Assembly: GCA_964470695.1 (NCBI GenBank)
Contig: CAYYDR010000001.1
Coordinates: 465,997 to 529,996, forward strand
Reading direction: 5' to 3'
Origin: an uncultured Gammaproteobacteria bacterium
Lineage (GTDB): Bacteria > Patescibacteriota > Patescibacteriia > Patescibacteriales > UBA12465
DNA: 64,000 bases
The notes beneath the pieces are model-generated. The model ran no database searches. It was not told the origin of the DNA and saw only the letters and a list, made by a program, of their open reading frames with translations. Positions 8,489-16,600 of the stretch are shown here, piece after piece. The position numbers were made by a program, and so were the translations under genes. Position 1 is the stretch's first letter. Every line of letters starts with the position of its first letter.

Positions 8489-10082
8489 CCGGTTAATCAG
8501 AATTGAGGAGATAACTTTAGGGTTAGATGATAAGGAGGGGGTCTTAAAATCTAAGATTTCTCAGATTTTAAATTTACCGGAGGAGGCGATTATCAGCTAT
8601 GAGGTCGTCAAAAAGAATATTGATTCCCGTCAGAAAAATATCCTTTTTGTTTATTCGGTTGATGTCAAAGTCAGCCAGCTTGAATTAATTAAAAAATGGG
8701 ATGTGCGTCATCGGGTTAGAGTCCATGAGCCTTTTATTTATGAAGAAAAAGTCTTAACTAAAAAAATAAATAAGAGCGTTGTAGTAGTCGGCAGCGGTCC
8801 CTGCGGTTTATTTGCCGCATTATTATTGGCTAAAGCCGGCCTTAAGCCCCTTGTTATAGAAAGAGGTAAAGATATGGATGCTAGAGTAAGGGATGTGGAT
8901 AATTTTTTTCAGGGTGGCGCTTTTAGTCCTCAATCAAATATTCAATTTGGCGAAGGCGGAGCGGGAACATTTTCTGATGGTAAATTATATACGCTTATTA
9001 ATGACCCGCGCTCCAAATATATATTTTCTGAACTAATTAAAGCGGGCGCTCCACTAGAAATAGCTTTTAGCGGTACTCCGCATATCGGTACTGACAAATT
9101 GCGCGGCGTTATTAAAAACATTCGTCAGGAGATTATTAAATTAGGCGGCCAGATAAGGTTTGAAACTTGTTTAACCGATTTAGAGATAAAAAATGGCAAA
9201 TTAGACGCCGTTATTCTAAATAATGAAGAAAAGATAAAAGTTGATGATTTAATTTTAGCTACCGGGCACTCCGCGCGCGATACTTACGAAATGCTTTATA
9301 AAAGGCAGCTAAAAATGTCGGCTAAGGCTTTTTCAATTGGGCTCAGGATTGAACATAAGGCCAGAATGATAAATATCGCCCAGTATAAAGATTCTTATAA
9401 TCACCCTAAATTAGGCGCGGCTAGATATAAATTAGTCCAGCATCTTGATGATAAGCGGCCGGTTTATAGCTTTTGCATGTGTCCGGGTGGTTATGTAATG
9501 GGGGCGGCCTCTGAAGAAGGTGGTGTTGTTACTAACGGTATGAGCGAATATGCTCAAGATGGTGATAATTCCAATAGCGCTTTATTGGTACCAGTTACTC
9601 CGGCTGATTTTGATTCCAATCATCCTTTAGCAGGGATAGAATTTCAGCGCCGTTGGGAGAGAGCTGCTTATTTAGCCGGCGGTAGTAATTATTTTGCCCC
9701 GGCGCAGCTAGTGGGCGACTTTTTGCAGAAACGGGCGTCTAATGAATTAAAAAGTATTATCCCGAGTTATAAGCCGGGGGTTAAAATGACTTCCTTAGAT
9801 ACCTGTTTGCCTAACTATGTCCTTGATAGTTTAAGAGAGGCTATCCTTAAATTAGATAAGAAAATCAAGGGATTTGCTAATCCCGGTGCTGTTTTAACAG
9901 GAGTAGAAACTAGGAGCTCAGCACCGGTCAGAATAGAGCGCAATGAGAAATATGAATCTAATATTTCTGGTATTTATCCGGCCGGAGAAGGGGCGGGACA
10001 TGCCGGAGGAATAGTTTCTTCCGCTATTGATGGATTAGCGGTGGGGGAGCTAATAATTGATAAATATATAAATGAAAATTAA
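8472..10082 (+). CDS. FAD-dependent protein (COG2509-type uncharacterised dehydrogenase)
   Basis: VVVGSGPCGLFAA dinucleotide-binding motif, LATGHSARDT, C-terminal YPAGEGAGHAGGI. Confidence 0.8.
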   Translation: MSLDVSRLIRIEEITLGLDDKEGVLKSKISQILNLPEEAIISYEVVKKNIDSRQKNILFVYSVDVKVSQLELIKKWDVRHRVRVHEPFIYEEKVLTKKINKSVVVVGSGPCGLFAALLLAKAGLKPLVIERGKDMDARVRDVDNFFQGGAFSPQSNIQFGEGGAGTFSDGKLYTLINDPRSKYIFSELIKAGAPLEIAFSGTPHIGTDKLRGVIKNIRQEIIKLGGQIRFETCLTDLEIKNGKLDAVILNNEEKIKVDDLILATGHSARDTYEMLYKRQLKMSAKAFSIGLRIEHKARMINIAQYKDSYNHPKLGAARYKLVQHLDDKRPVYSFCMCPGGYVMGAASEEGGVVTNGMSEYAQDGDNSNSALLVPVTPADFDSNHPLAGIEFQRRWERAAYLAGGSNYFAPAQLVGDFLQKRASNELKSIIPSYKPGVKMTSLDTCLPNYVLDSLREAILKLDKKIKGFANPGAVLTGVETRSSAPVRIERNEKYESNISGIYPAGEGAGHAGGIVSSAIDGLAVGELIIDKYINEN

Positions 10083-10094
10083 TATTATTAAACT

Positions 10095-11015
10095 ATGGAG
10101 GCTCAGACTAACCTGGTTATTTTATTCGGAATTATTATCGTGGGATTTTTAGTAGTAGACCTGGGATATTTAAATAGAAAAAATCATCGCGTTGAATTTA
10201 AATCAGCTCTCTATCAGTCTTTATTTTGGATAGCCATATCTTTGATATTTGGGTTGTTAATTTTTTTATTTTTAGATAAAGAATTGGCCGCCCAGTTTAT
10301 GAGTGCCTATGTTACCGAAAAGATGCTTTCGGTTGATAATCTATTTGTCATAATGTTGATTTTTAGTTTTTTTAAATTGGAAGAGAAATATCATCATAGA
10401 GTTTTGTTCTGGGGCATTATGGGTGCGATAGTTTTCCGGGCGGTGTTTATCGGCGCTGGAGCCTATATTATCCACCAGTTTTATTGGGTTTTGTATATTT
10501 TTGGGGCAGTCTTGCTTTATACTGGCGTTAAATTATTGCGCGATAAGAAAGAAGAGCATGTTGATTTTAATAATAATAAAGTTATTAAACTGGCCCGTAA
10601 GTTTTTGCCATTCACGGCCAATCATCATAATGGAAAATTTTTCATTAGGGAAAAAGGGAAATTTTATTTTACCTCTTTATTTTTAATAATGTTATTGGTA
10701 GAGGCGACCGATATAGTCTTTGCCGTGGACTCTATTCCGGCCGTATTTGCTATTTCGCAAGATTTATTTATTATTTTTACTTCTAATGTTTTTGCCATCA
10801 TGGGGTTGCGCGCTTTATTTTTTCTGATTGAAAGCATTTTGCATCGTTTCCATCATTTGCAGAAAGGCCTAGCTTTTATTCTGCTTTTTATCGGTTTAAA
10901 AATGCTTTCCGGAATATTCGGCTGGCACATATCTTCTTTTGCTTCGTTCGGGATAATTATTTTTGCTCTCGCTTCGTCAATAATTTTGTCAGTTATGTTT
11001 CCTAAAAAAATTTAA
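10095..11015 (+). CDS. TerC-family integral membrane protein
   Basis: Multi-TM; EKMLSVDNLFV and VEATDIVFAVDSIPAVFAI are duplicated TerC signatures. Confidence 0.85.
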   Translation: MEAQTNLVILFGIIIVGFLVVDLGYLNRKNHRVEFKSALYQSLFWIAISLIFGLLIFLFLDKELAAQFMSAYVTEKMLSVDNLFVIMLIFSFFKLEEKYHHRVLFWGIMGAIVFRAVFIGAGAYIIHQFYWVLYIFGAVLLYTGVKLLRDKKEEHVDFNNNKVIKLARKFLPFTANHHNGKFFIREKGKFYFTSLFLIMLLVEATDIVFAVDSIPAVFAISQDLFIIFTSNVFAIMGLRALFFLIESILHRFHHLQKGLAFILLFIGLKMLSGIFGWHISSFASFGIIIFALASSIILSVMFPKKI

Positions 11016-11025
11016 TATTATTAAT

Positions 11026-11475
11026 ATGTTCTACAAAAAAATTTATAATTTTGGCGACAAGTTAGAAGATAAGGTGCGAGTCCGGCTCAGTCATTACCCG
11101 ATTATTTATGCTTTTTTGGGCGGTACTGGCATAATTATTTTTTGGCGAGGCGTCTGGCACACCGTGGATTTCCTCATGGAATTATTATTTGCGGTTGATG
11201 AGAGCGTGTTAAGCACTAGCGCGCCGCAACTGCCCTGGTGGGACGGACCTTTATCAATTTTAGTCGGATCAATACTATTATTAATGACTGGCCTGTTCGT
11301 TACTAGTTTTATCGGCAATGAAATTATTATTTCCGGCTTGAGAAAGGAGAAGAAAATAGTGGAAAAGACTGAGGAAGAAATTCGCGCTGAATTAAAGGAA
11401 AATATGAAAATAAAGAGCGAAACGCATGAGATTGAAGGTCGTTTAAAAAGAATTGAGGATATTTTGAACAAATAA
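11026..11475 (+). CDS. hypothetical 2-TM membrane protein with charged C-terminal helix
   Basis: 149-aa ORF with two hydrophobic segments and a KE-rich tail. The antisense ORFs here are low-complexity mirror frames. Confidence 0.5.
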   Translation: MFYKKIYNFGDKLEDKVRVRLSHYPIIYAFLGGTGIIIFWRGVWHTVDFLMELLFAVDESVLSTSAPQLPWWDGPLSILVGSILLLMTGLFVTSFIGNEIIISGLRKEKKIVEKTEEEIRAELKENMKIKSETHEIEGRLKRIEDILNK

Positions 11476-11521
11476 GAGATTTACTGATTATTTTTCTAAA
11501 ATTTGCTAGAATATAATTATT

Positions 11522-13447
11522 ATGGGCCATAATCTCATATCTAAAAATAAAGTTAGCATCCCTCTTTTAATTGGTGCGCTGGGGGTTGTTTTTGGTGATA
11601 TTGGCACTTCGCCGCTGTATGCTCTGAAAGAAACATTTTTTGGTCTCCATCCCCTAGAGCGCAGCCCGGAAAATGTTTTAGGAGTACTGTCTTTGATCTT
11701 TTGGACTTTGATGATTGTCGTCACCATTAAGTATATATTTCTTATTATGCGGGCGGATAATAATGGCGAAGGGGGAATTTTTGCCTTATTAGCTTTGCTT
11801 AGGCAGAGGAGAGTTAAGCGAATTTTTGGTTTAAGCGTAACGGCAGTAGTTCTGGCGGGAGCGACTTTACTTTATGGTGATGGCATTATAACGCCAGCCA
11901 TCTCTGTTTTATCCGCGGTTGAGGGATTTAAAATATTATCCCCAGGTTTAGCCGCTTATATTGTTCCTTTGACCGTATTAATTCTTATCGGCTTGTTTTA
12001 TATACAGAAAAAGGGAACCGGCAAAGTCGGAAAATTTTTTGGCCCTATCATGATTATTTGGTTTATTACTCTCATTGCTCTAGGCCTGCCTTCTATTGCT
12101 CAATACCCGCAAGTTCTGGCCGCTATTAATCCTTTGGCCGCTTATTATTTTATCAGCTCGCATGCTTGGCTGACATTTTTTGTTTTGAGTTCAGTCGCTT
12201 TGTGTATTACTGGCTGTGAGGCTCTTTACGCGGACATGGGCCACTTTAATCGCCGGGTAATAACCTGGTCTTGGTCCATTTTGGTTTATCCGGCTCTAAT
12301 AATAAATTATTTTGGCCAAGGAGCTCTGCTATTATCCGGACGAGAAATTATTAGCGATAATACTTTTTATGCTTTAGCCCCGCAGTGGGCGTTTTTGCCA
12401 GTAGTTATTTTGGCTACAGCTGCCACCATAATTGCTAGTCAGGCCTTGATCGCTGGAGTTTATTCTTTAACTAGCCAGGCGGTTGCTTTAGGTCTATTTC
12501 CGAAAATAAAGATTATTCATACTAACCCCCATGTGGAGGGCCAAATATATGTGCCATTTATAAATTTTGCCCTGGCCGTATGTTGCATATCTTTAGTGCT
12601 TGTTTTCCGTTCCTCGGGTGGGTTGGCAGCCGCTTATGGCATCGCTGTCACGGGAACTATGATTATAACCACTTTAGTTTTTTATTCTTTAACCCGTTAT
12701 CTCTGGAAATGGCCTCTATGGCTAGTTGTGCCAGTTTTTACCTTTTTATTAATTATAGATATTGCCTTTTTTTCTGGCACCATGTTGAAATTTTGGCAGG
12801 GCGGGTTTATTCCGGTAATTTTTGCTTGGGGGCTATTTATTGTTATGTCTACTTGGGACTGGGGGCGCGGAGTTTCCCGTATTGCCCATTTAGATGTGCC
12901 GGGGCTGTCTGTGGGGGAATTTATTAGAGCCCAAGTAGATTGTCAGAAGAGATTATTAAATCGTTCTGTTGTAGTTATGTCTTCACGGCCTATAGTTAAT
13001 AGGACCGATCGCATTCCCGTGGCCATGAATTCTTTTTTATCTAAGTGGGGCCTTTATATTCCGAAACATGTGATTTTTATGAATGTTGTTTTTCTCAATA
13101 GCCCTAGAGTTGATAAGATTAACCGTTACAGTATTATAAATTTCCAGTCTGATCCGCAGATTGGCAGCATTATTTCCGTACAAGCCTTTTATGGATATAT
13201 GCAGACGCCGGACATTAGGCGAGTTTTGGCCGATCTTAAAGAGCAGCGAAAAATAAAAATACCTAGCGACTCTAGGAAATGGTTGATACTTATTGCCATG
13301 GATCGTTTTATGACTAGGCCGCGTAATTTATTGCGCCGCGCTAGGATTATAATTTTAGATTTTATGTCTCGCTATACCAAGCCGATGACAAGCTATTATG
13401 GTTTAGGAGCAGATGATAAGGTAGATATTGAAATTATCAATATTTAA
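11522..13447 (+). CDS. kup: KUP/HAK/KT potassium uptake transporter
   Basis: GDIGTSPLYALKE, NNGEGGIFAL, and EALYADMGHF. Confidence 0.95.
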   Translation: MGHNLISKNKVSIPLLIGALGVVFGDIGTSPLYALKETFFGLHPLERSPENVLGVLSLIFWTLMIVVTIKYIFLIMRADNNGEGGIFALLALLRQRRVKRIFGLSVTAVVLAGATLLYGDGIITPAISVLSAVEGFKILSPGLAAYIVPLTVLILIGLFYIQKKGTGKVGKFFGPIMIIWFITLIALGLPSIAQYPQVLAAINPLAAYYFISSHAWLTFFVLSSVALCITGCEALYADMGHFNRRVITWSWSILVYPALIINYFGQGALLLSGREIISDNTFYALAPQWAFLPVVILATAATIIASQALIAGVYSLTSQAVALGLFPKIKIIHTNPHVEGQIYVPFINFALAVCCISLVLVFRSSGGLAAAYGIAVTGTMIITTLVFYSLTRYLWKWPLWLVVPVFTFLLIIDIAFFSGTMLKFWQGGFIPVIFAWGLFIVMSTWDWGRGVSRIAHLDVPGLSVGEFIRAQVDCQKRLLNRSVVVMSSRPIVNRTDRIPVAMNSFLSKWGLYIPKHVIFMNVVFLNSPRVDKINRYSIINFQSDPQIGSIISVQAFYGYMQTPDIRRVLADLKEQRKIKIPSDSRKWLILIAMDRFMTRPRNLLRRARIIILDFMSRYTKPMTSYYGLGADDKVDIEIINI

Positions 13448-13448
13448 T

Positions 13449-13477
13449 TTGATATAAAATAGAGAAAACACTATAAT
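13449..13477 (+). promoter_or_regulatory. promoter (TTGATA-17-TATAAT) for the hemerythrin-TspO-Nudix genes
   Basis: TTGATA at 13449-13454, 17-nt spacer, TATAAT at 13472-13477. Confidence 0.5.
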
Positions 13478-13508
13478 TTATTATAGATAATAACTTAATT
13501 TTAAAATT

Positions 13509-13925
13509 ATGTCTTTAATTATTTGGAAAGATGAATTCGCGCTTGGTATAAAGGAGATTGATGATCAGCATCAAAAAATGTTGAGTATCATTAATAAATT
13601 ATATAGTTTATTTGAGAATGAAAAGCATGAAGATCTTTTGGAAATAGATAAAATTATTAAAGAGATGTCTGATTATGCTACTTATCATTTTGAGACTGAG
13701 GAAAAATATTTTGAACTTTTTGGCTATGAAAAGGCTGCTGAGCATATCAAAATTCATAATCAGTATAAGCTTAGAGTTGATGAGTGGCGCCGGCATTATG
13801 ATGCGAGTAAAGACAAAAAAGTATTTTTTGAAATTTCTAACTTTTTACAAGACTGGTGGACTTGGCATATTAATAATACCGATCGTAGCTACGTTCCATT
13901 CTTAAAAGCTAATGGCGTCAAATAA
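13509..13925 (+). CDS. hemerythrin-like metal-binding protein (bacteriohemerythrin)
   Basis: IWKDEFALGIKEIDDQHQKM, plus HFETEE and H..W..HI metal-ligand spacing. Confidence 0.85.
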   Translation: MSLIIWKDEFALGIKEIDDQHQKMLSIINKLYSLFENEKHEDLLEIDKIIKEMSDYATYHFETEEKYFELFGYEKAAEHIKIHNQYKLRVDEWRRHYDASKDKKVFFEISNFLQDWWTWHINNTDRSYVPFLKANGVK

Positions 13926-14328
13926 TATGAATACATACAATTGGTACTCACAATTAGTAAAACCATCTTGGGCGCCGCCATCCTGGCTTTTTGGCCCAGC
14001 CTGGACATTTCTTTATACCTTAATTGCCATTTCTTTTGGAAGGGTTTTCTGGTTGTTTTTTCAAAAGAAGCTCCCATTAATAGTTGTCTTGCCCTTTATT
14101 TTGAATCTTTTTTTCAATTTCATTTTTACTTATTTGCAATTCGGATTAAAAAATAATTTTTTAGCAGCCCTGGATATTATCTTGGTGCTAATCACGATTA
14201 TTTGGATTATGGTTGCTATTTATCCTCATGTCCGTTGGGTCGCTTATATGCAGATTCCTTATTTGCTTTGGGTTTCTTTTGCTACCGTTTTGCAACTAAC
14301 AATTACTTATTTAAATCTAAATAAATAA
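13912..14328 (+). CDS. tspO: TspO/MBR-family tryptophan-rich sensory protein
   Basis: LVKPSWAPPSWLFGPAWTFLY; 5 TM segments; overlaps the hemerythrin gene by 14 nt. Confidence 0.85.
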   Translation: MASNNMNTYNWYSQLVKPSWAPPSWLFGPAWTFLYTLIAISFGRVFWLFFQKKLPLIVVLPFILNLFFNFIFTYLQFGLKNNFLAALDIILVLITIIWIMVAIYPHVRWVAYMQIPYLLWVSFATVLQLTITYLNLNK

Positions 14329-14338
14329 TAATATTATT

Positions 14339-14785
14339 ATGTCTCATCCGGAAAGGTTTAGAGCTTATATAGCGGTTTATCTCGTTTTAATCAAAGACGG
14401 AGAAATTTTATTGCTTAGGCGTTATAATACTGGTTATCAGGACGGCAATTATGGTTTAGTTTCTGGCCATTTGGAAGGAGGGGAAACCGCTAAGCAAGGA
14501 ATTCTTCGGGAAGCAAAAGAAGAGGCCGATATAATTCTTAATCTAGACGAACTTACGGTTGTCCATGTTATGCATCGCTTTGGGCCGGAACGTGAATATT
14601 TTGATATTTATCTTAAGGCGGAAAATTGGCGTGGCGATATTGTTAATATGGAAAAAGACAAATGCGATGAATTAGCTTGGTATAAATTGAATGACCTCCC
14701 AGAAAACATGGTTCCTGAGGTTAGGGCGGCCTTAGCTAGTATTAATAATGGTTTAGCTTATTGTGAATTTGGTTGGAATATTTAA
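14339..14785 (+). CDS. NUDIX hydrolase
   Basis: Nudix box GHLEGGETAKQGILREAKEEADI. Confidence 0.85.
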   Translation: MSHPERFRAYIAVYLVLIKDGEILLLRRYNTGYQDGNYGLVSGHLEGGETAKQGILREAKEEADIILNLDELTVVHVMHRFGPEREYFDIYLKAENWRGDIVNMEKDKCDELAWYKLNDLPENMVPEVRAALASINNGLAYCEFGWNI

Positions 14786-14891
14786 TAATTTGACTTATTT
14801 ATAAATACGTGCTATTTTTAGTTTATTAACTTAAGATTCGAATCTCTGTCATTTAAGTGGCCTTGGGAAAATCGGGTCACTTATTTTTATT

Positions 14892-16283
14892 ATGACAAAC
14901 CAAAAGAAATCTCATTATTCTCCGGACGAGCCTATTTTAGGGGAGGAATTAAAATTTGCTGATTTAGGTATCAGTGACTCAATTTTAGAAGTCCTCAGAA
15001 AACTAAATTTAGCCGTACCAACCCCTATCCAGCGTAAAACCATTCCGGTGGCCATTTTAGGCCAGGATTTGATTGGTGTAGCGCAAACTGGGACTGGAAA
15101 AACCTTTGCCTTCGGAATACCCATGTTGCAGCGCCTAGGGTTAACCAAGGGGCAGGGCTTGGTTATTACACCGACGCGTGAACTAGCGCTTCAAGTTGAA
15201 GAGAGTTTAAAGAAGCTCGGCCATACTCTAGGTCTAAGGACAGCTTTACTTATCGGCGGCGAAGCTTTGGACCGCCAGCTTTTCCAATTACGTAAAAAAC
15301 CTCATATTATTGTGGCTACCCCAGGACGTCTTATTGATCATTTAAAAAGACGAACTTTTAAACTAGACCAGATAAATACTTTAGTGCTTGATGAAGCTGA
15401 TATGATGCTGGACATGGGTTTTGCGCCACAGATTCAGGAAATTTTAAAGCAAGCGCCTAAAGAACGCCAAACCATGTTATTTTCAGCGACTATGCCAGCG
15501 GCGATTGTTAAAATCGCGGCTAATTATATGAAATTACCGGTTAGTATTGAAGTTGCGCCTCCGGGGACGACCGCTTCTCAGGTTGATCAAGAAATATTTA
15601 TTATTAAAGGGGAAGAACGTTTTGATCATTTGGAGAAAACACTTCTTCGTTATAATGGCTCGGTTTTAGTTTTTGTCAGAACTAAACACAGCGTTAAAGC
15701 CTTAACTATAAAATTACAATCGCTTGGCCATAAGGCAGTAGAAATTCATTCTAATTTATCGTTAAGCCGCCGCCGAGCGGCTTTGAATGATTTTAAATCT
15801 AAAAAGGAGCGCATTTTAGTAGCCACTGATGTAGCAGCGCGCGGCTTAGATATTAATGCTATTGAGTTGGTAATTAACTATAATTTACCAGATAACTCTG
15901 AGGATTATGTCCATAGAATCGGCCGCACCGGCCGAGCCGGACAAGTCGGCAAAGCCATTACTTTCGCGACTGCCTATGAGCAAAAAGAGATTCGCGAAAT
16001 TGAAAAATTAATTAATAAAAGCATTAAACGGACGGAGTTTGTGAGGCTTGGTAGTGAACGTCAAACGCCGCCAGTTGCCCCGAGCAAGAAAAAAATGTTT
16101 AAGAGAAAAACCCAGTATGGTTTAAGCCCTAGGGGTAGCAATGCTTTTAATGAACGATCTAGCGGCGGCCGACGCTTCTCATCTCCTCACCCCACTGCTG
16201 GAAGAGCTAAACCTTCCTCTAGACAAGGCCAGCCCTACTCGCAAAGATTTTCTCGGCGCGAACGCCCTTCAACTAATATATAG
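14892..16283 (+). CDS. DEAD-box ATP-dependent RNA helicase with basic C-terminal tail
   Basis: Q motif, AQTGTGKT, PTRELA, DEAD, SAT, HRIGRTGRAG. Confidence 0.95.
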   Translation: MTNQKKSHYSPDEPILGEELKFADLGISDSILEVLRKLNLAVPTPIQRKTIPVAILGQDLIGVAQTGTGKTFAFGIPMLQRLGLTKGQGLVITPTRELALQVEESLKKLGHTLGLRTALLIGGEALDRQLFQLRKKPHIIVATPGRLIDHLKRRTFKLDQINTLVLDEADMMLDMGFAPQIQEILKQAPKERQTMLFSATMPAAIVKIAANYMKLPVSIEVAPPGTTASQVDQEIFIIKGEERFDHLEKTLLRYNGSVLVFVRTKHSVKALTIKLQSLGHKAVEIHSNLSLSRRRAALNDFKSKKERILVATDVAARGLDINAIELVINYNLPDNSEDYVHRIGRTGRAGQVGKAITFATAYEQKEIREIEKLINKSIKRTEFVRLGSERQTPPVAPSKKKMFKRKTQYGLSPRGSNAFNERSSGGRRFSSPHPTAGRAKPSSRQGQPYSQRFSRRERPSTNI

Positions 16284-16292
16284 TTTTTAAAT

Positions 16293-16320
16293 CAGGCCAT
16301 TGGGGCCTGTTTTATTTTTC
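16293..16320 (+). terminator. intrinsic terminator after the helicase gene
   Basis: CAGGCC-ATTGG-GGCCTG followed by TTTTATTTTT. Confidence 0.6.
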
Positions 16321-16399
16321 CAGTTTATCCCTGGCGTTTAATAAAATTTTTAGTTTATGGTAATATATCTATAAGAAAAATAAGTGTTTTAAGCTATAA

Positions 16400-16585
16400 A
16401 TGACTATGTATAAAATTCTGACGAAGGTGAAGAAATTTTTAAAAATTTTAGGGTCAGGTCTAATTACCGGAGCGGCCGATGATGGCCCATCCGGAATCAC
16501 TACCTATACTCAAACTGGGGCCCAGTTCGGCTATAAGCAGCTTTGGACGGCTATAGCCATGTTTTATATTTTAGCGCAAAGATAA
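16400..16585 (+). pseudogene. N-terminal remnant of an NRAMP-family divalent metal transporter
   Basis: The 61 aa end in ITGAADDGPSGITTYTQTGAQFGYKQLW, which is the conserved NRAMP N-terminal motif. The ORF stops after the first TM segment; full-length family members are several-fold longer. Confidence 0.55.
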
Positions 16586-16600
16586 ATAGATAATTAGTCT

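Noticed and set aside
11476-11521. Riboswitches expected for neighbouring transporters: c-di-AMP for kup, yybP-ykoY (Mn2+) for TerC and NRAMP, and an Mg2+ sensor for corA.
   Set aside because: The upstream intergenic spaces (12-58 nt for TerC, kup and corA) are too short for these RNAs. The 116-nt region before the NRAMP remnant shows only a terminator and AT-rich promoter-like sequence.
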